In this document: positions 31,858 through 39,529 of the stretch, piece by piece | Numbering within the stretch: position 1 is the first letter of the stretch | Layout: every line of letters starts with the position of its first letter | NCBI GenBank assembly: GCA_963674785.1 | Contig: OY771555.1 | Coordinates: forward strand, 1,568,001 to 1,632,000 | DNA: 64,000 nucleotides | From: Caldisericia bacterium | Lineage (GTDB): Bacteria > Caldisericota > Caldisericia > JAAYUI01 | Direction: 5' to 3' | Made by a program: the position numbers and the translations under genes | Notes under the pieces: generated by a model | The model's input: the letters and a program-made list of their open reading frames with translations, nothing else | The model's database searches: none | What the model was told of the DNA's origin: nothing

Positions 31858-32968
31858 ATCTTATCTTTGGCAGGGTGCTCATGCTATTAGCATGGGTGCG
31901 TGTAAAGCCGGTGTAAATTTTTTCGCTGGTTACCCAATCACACCTTCAACCGAAGTAGCCGAGTCGATGTCTTGGGAACTTCCACAGAGAGGTGGGGTTT
32001 TCATTCAGATGGAAGATGAAATTGCTTCGATTACTTCGCTAATCGGTGCGTCTCTTGCGGGTGCAAAACCAATTACCGCTACATCTGGGCCTGGTTATTC
32101 TCTAATGCAGGAAGGTCTAGGTTACGCACAGATGGTTGAGGCACCACTGGTCATCGTTGATGTCATGCGAGGAGGTCCATCAACAGGTCTTCCAACTAAA
32201 CCAACACAAGCTGACGTTATGCAAGCAAGATGGGGAACACATGGCGATCACCCATCAATCGTTGTTTGTCCATCTTCAGTCAGAGAGTGTTACGACCTCA
32301 TGATTCACGCTGTTAATCTTGCCGAAAGATTCAGAACACCTGTTATATTCCTTACAGACGAAGGTGTTGCACATATGAGGGAAAAGGTTGAGATTGATCT
32401 TGATGAAGATGTGTATATTGAACCCAGAAAGCAACCAGGCAGACACTCTCAGTATCTCACATATAAAGCTGATGAAAACCTTGTCCCACATCAGGCATCT
32501 TTTGGCTCTGGGTACAGGTCGGTTGTAACAGCTCTTTATCATGATGAGACAGGTTTCCAGAACACCTCAAGAGAGGTTGCGTATTCTCTTCAGAAAAGAT
32601 TGATGGATAAAATTGATCTTTATATGGATCACATCACTCAGATCGAAGAGACAAATCTAGAAAAAGCCGAAACTGTCTTTGTTTCATATGGTGTTACCTC
32701 AAGATCTGTTAACCAGTTTTTGGCTGATGAAAACAATCCAGAATACGGTGCTCTCAGACTCATAACTCTTTGGCCATTTGATTCTGAATTACTCAAGCAA
32801 AAACTAAAGAATGCAAAGAATATTATCTTTCCTGAACTCAACATGGGTCAGATGGTTCGTGAACTTGAAAGATTGTTTGGTGATGAAAAGAGAATCATTC
32901 CATTGAACAGGTGGGATGGTGAACTGATAACCCCACAGGAACTCAAAGAAGTGGTGGTGAACCTATGA
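31847..32968 (+). CDS. korA: 2-oxoacid:ferredoxin oxidoreductase alpha subunit
   Basis: FAGYPITPSTE, QMEDEIAS, TATSGPG, RGGPSTGLPT. Confidence 0.9.
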   Translation: MATKSYLWQGAHAISMGACKAGVNFFAGYPITPSTEVAESMSWELPQRGGVFIQMEDEIASITSLIGASLAGAKPITATSGPGYSLMQEGLGYAQMVEAPLVIVDVMRGGPSTGLPTKPTQADVMQARWGTHGDHPSIVVCPSSVRECYDLMIHAVNLAERFRTPVIFLTDEGVAHMREKVEIDLDEDVYIEPRKQPGRHSQYLTYKADENLVPHQASFGSGYRSVVTALYHDETGFQNTSREVAYSLQKRLMDKIDLYMDHITQIEETNLEKAETVFVSYGVTSRSVNQFLADENNPEYGALRLITLWPFDSELLKQKLKNAKNIIFPELNMGQMVRELERLFGDEKRIIPLNRWDGELITPQELKEVVVNL

Positions 32969-33789
32969 GAGAACAGCTTTTAAAATATATGAAACAGGAC
33001 AAGTTGCCACATGTATTCTGTCCAGGATGTGGTAATGGTACTGTTATGAATGCAATGTTTACTGCAATTGAAGACCTTCAACTCGATCCAACTGAGATTT
33101 TGATTGTGGGTGGAATTGGATGTTCATCAAGAATTGCAACATATACAATTTTTGACTCAATGCATACACTTCATGGGAGAGCGATACCATTTGCGATTGG
33201 TGCCAAACTTGCAAACCCAAACCTTAAGGTTATTGTTATTACCGGTGATGGGGACTCTTCATCGATTGGTGGAAATCACTTGATTCATGCAGCAAGAAGA
33301 AATATGCCTTTGAATGTTTTCATCGTCAATAACCACATCTATGGAATGACTGGTGGACAGTTCAGCCCAACAACACCCGTTGGGTCATTTACAACAACCT
33401 CACCTTGTGGGCATGTTGAAGAGCCATTCAGTATTACCGATTTGTTGGTTGGAGCTGGGGCTCCTTTTGTCGCAAGGACAAGCACGTTCTACTTCAAAGA
33501 ACTTGTAAAAATGATGAAAATGTCTCTTCAAAGAGAAGGTTTTTCGGCAATTGATATTTTTGCACAATGCCCAACAAACTATGGAAGAAGCAATCAGCTT
33601 GGCGACCCATCCAAACTTGTGAAGATGCAGTCTGAATCCTTAGTCCCAGTCAATAAATTCAATGAAATGCCTGAGGAAGAACGCGAAGGTAAGTTTGCAA
33701 GAGGAATTGTTAGAGATAAACCAAGAACAACATTTATGGATCACTACAAAGCTTGTGTTCTTCTTACAAGAAGGGGGGTTAGAAACTAA
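32965..33789 (+). CDS. korB: 2-oxoacid:ferredoxin oxidoreductase beta subunit
   Basis: FCPGCG, GIGCS, HGRA, TPP-binding GDGD...NN, YGMTGGQFSPT. Confidence 0.9.
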   Translation: MREQLLKYMKQDKLPHVFCPGCGNGTVMNAMFTAIEDLQLDPTEILIVGGIGCSSRIATYTIFDSMHTLHGRAIPFAIGAKLANPNLKVIVITGDGDSSSIGGNHLIHAARRNMPLNVFIVNNHIYGMTGGQFSPTTPVGSFTTTSPCGHVEEPFSITDLLVGAGAPFVARTSTFYFKELVKMMKMSLQREGFSAIDIFAQCPTNYGRSNQLGDPSKLVKMQSESLVPVNKFNEMPEEEREGKFARGIVRDKPRTTFMDHYKACVLLTRRGVRN

Positions 33790-34385
33790 TGAACCCTTCA
33801 TGGAAAAAAATTAGTGCCGATCTTTTTGGTGGAAGAAAAGCCGAATCAATTAGATTTACTGGCTCGGGTGGACACGGACTTATAAGAGCGTCCGTTCTCC
33901 TTGCCCAGGCGGGTGTCTATGATGGACTCAATGTTTTGCAATCTCAAGTTTATGGCGCAGAAGCTCGTGGTGGTGCTACAAAGGGTGAGACTGTTGTTAG
34001 AAAAGGTGCAATTCATTACCCAAAACTTGTGATTCCTGATGTCCTTATTTCTTTAACAGATGAGGGACTAAAAAAATACAAAAATGATGTCGCAGAAAAC
34101 GGACTCATTGTTTTTGATTCAAGTTTGATTCCTGATGAAAAATCGTCTGATAAGGGGCCATACTCTTTTGGTATCCCGATGTGGGTAGAACTCATAAGAG
34201 AACTTGGTAGAGGGGTTGCAATCAATATTGTTACCCTTGGCATTCTTGTGGGACTTACAGAAATTGTTACAAGAAAATCCCTTGAACAGGCAGTTATTGA
34301 AGCTTTCAGAGCCGACTTCAAAGAGAACAACCTTCGAGCACTAAAAATGGCATACGAATTAGCAGAGGAGATCAGAGAACAATGA
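33789..34385 (+). CDS. korC: 2-oxoacid:ferredoxin oxidoreductase gamma subunit
   Basis: GSGGHG, YGAEARGG, NLRALKMAYE. Confidence 0.88.
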   Translation: MNPSWKKISADLFGGRKAESIRFTGSGGHGLIRASVLLAQAGVYDGLNVLQSQVYGAEARGGATKGETVVRKGAIHYPKLVIPDVLISLTDEGLKKYKNDVAENGLIVFDSSLIPDEKSSDKGPYSFGIPMWVELIRELGRGVAINIVTLGILVGLTEIVTRKSLEQAVIEAFRADFKENNLRALKMAYELAEEIREQ

Positions 34386-35797
34386 GTAATACCAAAAAAA
34401 TAATTGAACAGATTAAAGAAGTCGGCTGTGAGATGGTTGATTTTAAGATTGTTGATGCAGCCGGAAGACTTCATCATTTGATGATTCCGACAACTGCAAT
34501 CACAGAAGATAGTCTTGAGTTTGGTTTTGGATTTGATGGTTCAAATTTTGGTTTTGCAAAAACATCAAAATCTGACTTCATCGCAAGACCATGCCTTGAA
34601 GAAACAATTCAGCTTGATCCATGTATTGATGAACCAACTGTTTCATTTCTGTGCGATGTTTTTGAGGCTGGTGTAGATGTAAAACCATATGCATCAGACC
34701 CAAGAGCAGTTTTAAGAAAAGCGCGTGAATACATGCGTGGTCTCGGTGTTGCAGAGGATTCAGTCTGGGCACCAGAGCTCGAATTCCATGTGTTTGATGG
34801 CATTAAGCTTCGTACTGAGCCACATCTTCAGATGTATGAAATCGTTTCGTCAGAAGGTTATTGGGGACAGGAAGACGAAGAGTATTACTCAAACTACAGA
34901 CTCCCAAAAAAGCTTGGTTATCACGCAGTTCCTCCATATGACACAAACATGGACATCAGGGTTATAGCAACAAGAATGCTTACAGACCTTGGTTTTGATG
35001 TGAAATATCATCATCATGAGGTTGGTGGCCCAAGCCAGCAAGAAATTGAATTCAATCTCCAGGAAATGATGCAGGCTGCCGATTCCATTATTTGGGGCAA
35101 ATACATCATTAGAAACGTCGCAAACGAATTTGGAATGCATGCAACCTTTTTACCAAAACCAATCCATGCTGAGGCTGGAAACGGCATGCATGTCCATCAC
35201 AAACTCGTAGGTGGATCCGGAAATCCAAATGTGTTTGCTGATGCAAATGGTTATATGGGTCTTTCCAAGCTTGCTCTCTCTTTCCTTGCTGGAATCCTTG
35301 ACCATGCACCAGCGCTTGCAGCAATCTCAAACCCATCAACAAACTCATACAAGAGGCTTGTAAGAGGATACGAAGCACCATGCAATGTTTGTTACGGAAT
35401 GGCAAACAGAAATGCCGCTCTCAGAATCCCAGCATATGCAACAAAACCTGAAGAAAAAAGACTTGAGTATCGTGTTGGTGATGCAACTGCAAACCCATAC
35501 CTCATGCTCTCAGCAGTTCTTATGGCTGGACTCGATGGTGTCAAAAAAGATATGAACCCAGAAGGAAAATTTGGCCCGCTTGAAAACATGCCAAAGGGAT
35601 GGGAACCAGAAACAAATGTCCCAGCATCACTAAAAGAAGCACTCGATGCACTTAACGCTGACCACGATTTCCTTCTTGAAGGCGGAGTGTTCACCAAAGT
35701 TATGATTGAAAAATTCATTGATGACAAGATGGCAGACCATATTAGACTTGAAAGGCTTACACATCCAGTCGAGTTTGAGATGTATGACTTCATTTAA
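34382..35797 (+). CDS. glnA: Glutamine synthetase type I
   Basis: FDGS, PELEF, HHHEVG, GNGMHVH, NSYKRLVRGYEAP, NRNAALRIP, ANPYL. Confidence 0.95.
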   Translation: MSNTKKIIEQIKEVGCEMVDFKIVDAAGRLHHLMIPTTAITEDSLEFGFGFDGSNFGFAKTSKSDFIARPCLEETIQLDPCIDEPTVSFLCDVFEAGVDVKPYASDPRAVLRKAREYMRGLGVAEDSVWAPELEFHVFDGIKLRTEPHLQMYEIVSSEGYWGQEDEEYYSNYRLPKKLGYHAVPPYDTNMDIRVIATRMLTDLGFDVKYHHHEVGGPSQQEIEFNLQEMMQAADSIIWGKYIIRNVANEFGMHATFLPKPIHAEAGNGMHVHHKLVGGSGNPNVFADANGYMGLSKLALSFLAGILDHAPALAAISNPSTNSYKRLVRGYEAPCNVCYGMANRNAALRIPAYATKPEEKRLEYRVGDATANPYLMLSAVLMAGLDGVKKDMNPEGKFGPLENMPKGWEPETNVPASLKEALDALNADHDFLLEGGVFTKVMIEKFIDDKMADHIRLERLTHPVEFEMYDFI

Positions 35798-35824
35798 TAA
35801 TAATTAGATATAACTTGAACTATT

Positions 35825-35850
35825 GAGGCACCCGAAAGGGTGCCTTTTTT
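35825..35850 (+). terminator. Rho-independent terminator after glnA, at the convergence with relE
   Basis: GAGGCACCC-GAAA-GGGTGCCTT followed by a T run. Confidence 0.9.
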
Positions 35851-36109
35851 ATTTGGTTTCTTTGTGGAGGATCGCTGTAACCACGACAATTTTTTTATCA
35901 TTATCAATCCAGTAGACTATTTTGAAATCAGAATCCTTTATCCATCTATAGTTTCCAAATTCATGCAAAAGAGCTTTACCAATCTTAAGTGGATTTGATT
36001 CCAGCTTGTTAATAGCGAACTTTATCCCAAAAAAAGCCGCCTTATTTTCCTTCTCAATTTGCTTCAGGTTGCTGAATGCTGTGTCGGTTGTGATTACTTG
36101 CCAGCTCAT
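35849..36109 (-). CDS. RelE/ParE-family toxin
   Basis: 86 aa; NPLKIGKAL...KIVYWID...VVVTAILH pattern; ATGA overlap with the antitoxin. Confidence 0.8.
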   Translation of the reverse strand: MSWQVITTDTAFSNLKQIEKENKAAFFGIKFAINKLESNPLKIGKALLHEFGNYRWIKDSDFKIVYWIDNDKKIVVVTAILHKETK

Positions 36110-36381
36110 TCAGCAATGATTTCCTTTGCTTTTCCCCACCCAAGGATGTTCCCTATCTCGATGTCTCTTTCTGATTTGTTGATCATTTTCATCAATTCTG
36201 GATCAGACATTACCTCGAGTGTCTCCATGAGTGATTCAAAAGTTTCCCATGGAAGGACTGCAAGAACTGGAATATTTTTACTTGTGACCTTTAAAACCCC
36301 ATCCATCTCTTTTGATAGTTTTATCAGGTTTTTCCTGGTGTTTGTGATGGTGTCTTCTTCGATTATGCCAATTGAATTCAT
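36106..36381 (-). CDS. Phd/YefM-family antitoxin
   Basis: ITNTRKNL, PVLAVLPWETFESLMETLEVMSDP; start at ATG 36381 with SD AGGAG. Confidence 0.85.
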   Translation of the reverse strand: MNSIGIIEEDTITNTRKNLIKLSKEMDGVLKVTSKNIPVLAVLPWETFESLMETLEVMSDPELMKMINKSERDIEIGNILGWGKAKEIIAE

Positions 36382-36385
36382 ATTT

Positions 36386-36434
36386 TGTACATCTCCTGTA
36401 CAGTTAATGTACACTGTATGTACAGAATAGTCAA
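36386..36434 (-). promoter_or_regulatory. TA operon promoter (TTGACT-17-TACATT) with four TGTACA operator boxes
   Basis: TGTACA at 36386, 36397, 36408 and 36419; -35 at 36429-36434, -10 at 36406-36411. Confidence 0.85.
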
Positions 36435-36442
36435 CCAACGTA

Positions 36443-37402
36443 TTACAGTATGTGTGAATTTGTTATATCAGGTTCAAATAACCTTCTGTTGTTGAGATCT
36501 TGAACCAATAATCTACACATTTTCAGGGAGTCTGATGTGATTATATCAAGTATGTTATAATCATCGATAGTTAGAGACCGATGTACTTCATATGGAGTAT
36601 TTTCATCAATATCTGCTAGAAAAACACTACTACACTTTTCGTCAATTTTTTTACTTGATAGTAGTTTTGTTGCTTCTTTTATTTTGCTCCAATCAAAACT
36701 CTTATTTTTACTTTCGTTATCTTTTTTGTTTATGTCAATCAGTAAATCGAAATACCTGTCACAATAAAAGAGGATGTCTATTTCAGAATCAAAATCCTTT
36801 TGTTCATATTTCTTCTTTTTTATTGCACCCTTGTTTTGTCTAAAGAATTCTTCAGTAGAAATCACGAGCTCAAATTTACTCTTAAACTTTCTACTAGAGG
36901 TAACGTTTCCATGCATTGATCTTACATCAAGCTCAGGCCTTTTTATATGCGAAAAACCGTTTCTTAATAATCGAAAAAGAAAAAAGGCAAACTCATTCTC
37001 TTCGATATCATTAAAAAGGTCATTAAACTTCTGTCCATCTTTTGTTTTTTTCTTTGTAAGTGATGAGACATAACTTCTCGAGCTGAGTAGAAAGTTTGTA
37101 AATGATCTCCCCACTTCTAAATCCCAGTTAACCATGTTTTCAGGAGTTCTATAAAATATAGTGTTTTTTTCAGGAAACATGTTTCTGCTTAATGATTCAT
37201 CAATCCAATTCCAGTAATTGAAGCATTGCATTGAATCGTAGAAGTAAATGTAGTTCAATATTACAGAAAAGAAATCGGAATTGTTGTAAAAATATTCATT
37301 TATTGTTTTGAAGCTCTCTTCAAACTTGTTATAATTTTTGTATATTCGGAAGAACTTAAATCTATTGATCTGTTTAAAGTATTGAACAAGATATTTAGCC
37401 AC
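36443..37402 (-). CDS. Hypothetical protein, putative HEPN-superfamily RNase
   Basis: NFLLSSRSYV helix followed by LRNGFSH (RxxxxH); AT-rich; 8-nt overlap with the mnmA end. Confidence 0.55.
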   Translation of the reverse strand: MAKYLVQYFKQINRFKFFRIYKNYNKFEESFKTINEYFYNNSDFFSVILNYIYFYDSMQCFNYWNWIDESLSRNMFPEKNTIFYRTPENMVNWDLEVGRSFTNFLLSSRSYVSSLTKKKTKDGQKFNDLFNDIEENEFAFFLFRLLRNGFSHIKRPELDVRSMHGNVTSSRKFKSKFELVISTEEFFRQNKGAIKKKKYEQKDFDSEIDILFYCDRYFDLLIDINKKDNESKNKSFDWSKIKEATKLLSSKKIDEKCSSVFLADIDENTPYEVHRSLTIDDYNILDIITSDSLKMCRLLVQDLNNRRLFEPDITNSHIL

Positions 37403-38363
37403 TAATCACACCACTCCCAACCACAACATCCCCTACATAAAAAACAGCAAATTGTCCTGGGGTTGGGGCAAAGATTGGTTCATCAGAAAAAACGGTGTTC
37501 CCATCAATTTTGCAGGGCACAGCTTTTGAACGGTACCTGGTCATGACTGAAAGCTCATCAAAGACATCAAGCCTCAAATCAGTGATTTTAAAGCTTGTCA
37601 TCATTACATCATTTTTTCTGCCGATGATAAGTTGGTTGTTGCCAAAGTCTCGCTTCAGCACAAACCATGGCCCATCACCAAGCCTTAATCCTTTTTTCTG
37701 ACCAATTGTGTAGGCAAGAAGTCCATCGTGTGTGCCAACCTTTTTGCCATCAGTTGTTATCATGTCTCCAGGTGTTCCCAGACCAATCTTATTGCTGATC
37801 CATCCTCTTGTGTCTCCTGTTGCAAAACATGCATCCTGACTTGTTTTTGCGGTTGGTAGGTCAAAAACCATTGCTTCAGCTTCAGCTCTTGTGATAGAAG
37901 ACATTGGAAAGATGGTTTTTTCAATTATCTCATGTGGAACCCTGGAAAGTACGTAGCTTTGGTCTTTTTTTGAATCATCACCCCTACAAACCCTTATTTT
38001 TCCAAAAGCTTCTTTGGTTTTTGCATAGTGGCCGGTTGCGATTTTATCAAAACCACCACTTACTGCAAAATCAAATATTGCTCTGAATTTCACATGCTCA
38101 TTGCAGACAACACAGGGGTTTGGCGTAAATCCTGAAAGATTTGCTTCGATGAAATAATCGATGACGTTTTTTTGGAAAATATCTGAACAGTTCAAAATAT
38201 GAAGTTTGATAGAAAGAATATCGCAGATTTCAGAAACGTTAGAAATATCAGTTCCACCACATATCGGCAGAGTTGCTGCGGCCACCTCGTGTCCTTGTTT
38301 TTGGAGCATCACAACAGACGCAGTAGAGTCAACGCCGCCCGAAAAGCCGACAAGAATCTTCAT
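37395..38363 (-). CDS. mnmA: tRNA 2-thiouridylase MnmA
   Basis: SGGVDS, TPNPCVVCN, ATGHYA, KDQSY, SQDACF, TIGQKKG, TPGQ. Confidence 0.93.
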   Translation of the reverse strand: MKILVGFSGGVDSTASVVMLQKQGHEVAAATLPICGGTDISNVSEICDILSIKLHILNCSDIFQKNVIDYFIEANLSGFTPNPCVVCNEHVKFRAIFDFAVSGGFDKIATGHYAKTKEAFGKIRVCRGDDSKKDQSYVLSRVPHEIIEKTIFPMSSITRAEAEAMVFDLPTAKTSQDACFATGDTRGWISNKIGLGTPGDMITTDGKKVGTHDGLLAYTIGQKKGLRLGDGPWFVLKRDFGNNQLIIGRKNDVMMTSFKITDLRLDVFDELSVMTRYRSKAVPCKIDGNTVFSDEPIFAPTPGQFAVFYVGDVVVGSGVISG

Positions 38364-39097
38364 ATCATTGCTAATTTTTGGATTAGAGTTGGAACGTCTG
38401 TTAGTGATGTTACCTGGAATGGATAGTCGGACGATGTACCGATTATTGGGTCAGCAAAGTGTATTGCCTTCATGTTTACTGCCTCTGCCCCCTTACAGTC
38501 TTTCATGATGTTATCACCAATCATTACGCATTGCTCTGGGTCTAGACCCATTTCTGAGGCAGTTTTGAGAAACGTTTCTCTGTGGGGTTTTCTGTATCCT
38601 CTCAGGTCGGAAAAATATGTGACTGGGATTCTTCTGAGCAATTCTGGGTATGCCTGGAGAATCTGTTCTCCGGATGCTCTTTCGGTGTTTGAGATTAGAC
38701 CCAATCTGTAACGTCTCGATAGTCTTTCGACAAGTTTCCTTGCCCCTGGGACTTCAGGACTTTTGATTGTGATATTTGATTTTGTGTAGGCTTCAATTTC
38801 TTTTGCAAGAGTATGACCGGAGACTTTTATTCGAAGTATTTCATTTACAACTCCAATTTGCTCTTTGATTGAAGTTCCTCTGTGTTTTCTTGCTCTTTCC
38901 CTTATTATGCTAGCAACACCGTCGTAGGCGAAAGAAATGTTTTTTCTTGTTACGACGTGACCAGCCATTGAAATGGTCGAGTGAAGCCTCGTAATTCTAT
39001 CTTCTCTTCTTTGTGATTCAATTGAAGGGAGGTCATAAATGAGGGTGTTCCAAAGATCTAGGATTACTCCAGATATCTCGACTCTTTTTCTTGGCAT
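38360..39097 (-). CDS. HAD-superfamily hydrolase
   Basis: DLWNTL (motif I variant), ISN, KPH, MIGD...D; start ATG 39097. Confidence 0.85.
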   Translation of the reverse strand: MPRKRVEISGVILDLWNTLIYDLPSIESQRREDRITRLHSTISMAGHVVTRKNISFAYDGVASIIRERARKHRGTSIKEQIGVVNEILRIKVSGHTLAKEIEAYTKSNITIKSPEVPGARKLVERLSRRYRLGLISNTERASGEQILQAYPELLRRIPVTYFSDLRGYRKPHRETFLKTASEMGLDPEQCVMIGDNIMKDCKGAEAVNMKAIHFADPIIGTSSDYPFQVTSLTDVPTLIQKLAMI

Positions 39098-39104
39098 GGG
39101 ATAC

Positions 39105-39133
39105 ATTATCAAAGAAAAAGATTTACCAGTCAA
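39105..39133 (-). promoter_or_regulatory. sigma70 promoter of the HAD-mnmA operon (leaderless geometry)
   Basis: TTGACT-17-GATAAT, then 7 nt to the ATG. Confidence 0.7.
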
Positions 39134-39190
39134 CTGTCGAATAATCAAAATGCACCTTGAATAGGGGGTTGTTTATGGTAGTATCCATCA

Positions 39191-39245
39191 GGTACCCAGA
39201 CTTCGTTTCATCGAATGTACAGGCGGTTGCGAAGTTTGAGGAATT
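39191..39245 (+). promoter_or_regulatory. Structured rpsO leader (candidate S15 autoregulatory RNA)
   Basis: 10-bp helix CAGACTTCGT (39197-39206)/GCGAAGTTTG (39229-39238), downstream of TTGAAT-16-TAGTAT. Confidence 0.5.
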
Positions 39246-39256
39246 AAAAGGAGAAA

Positions 39257-39529
39257 ATGAAAATGTACACAAAAGAAGAAAAACAGGAAATTATTAAGAA
39301 GTTTGCAGTCCATGAGGGCGACACAGGATCACCAGAAGTTCAGGTTGCTATTTTGACATCAAGAATCAACAACCTTGCAGTTCATCTTAAAGAGAACAAT
39401 CACGACCAGATCAGCAGAAAAGGATTGCTTCACATGGTAGGAAAAAGACATAAACTTCTCAGATATCTTAGAAATGTTGATGAGAAGAGATATTTGAGTT
39501 TGATTGAAACACTCGGACTTAGAAAATAA
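39257..39529 (+). CDS. rpsO: 30S ribosomal protein S15
   Basis: [29 protein letters not shown]. Confidence 0.97.
   Translation: MKMYTKEEKQEIIKKFAVHEGDTGSPEVQVAILTSRINNLAVHLKENNHDQISRKGLLHMVGKRHKLLRYLRNVDEKRYLSLIETLGLRK

Noticed and set aside
36382-36438. N-terminal extension of the antitoxin ORF
   Set aside because: It runs through the promoter/operator; the SD supports ATG 36381
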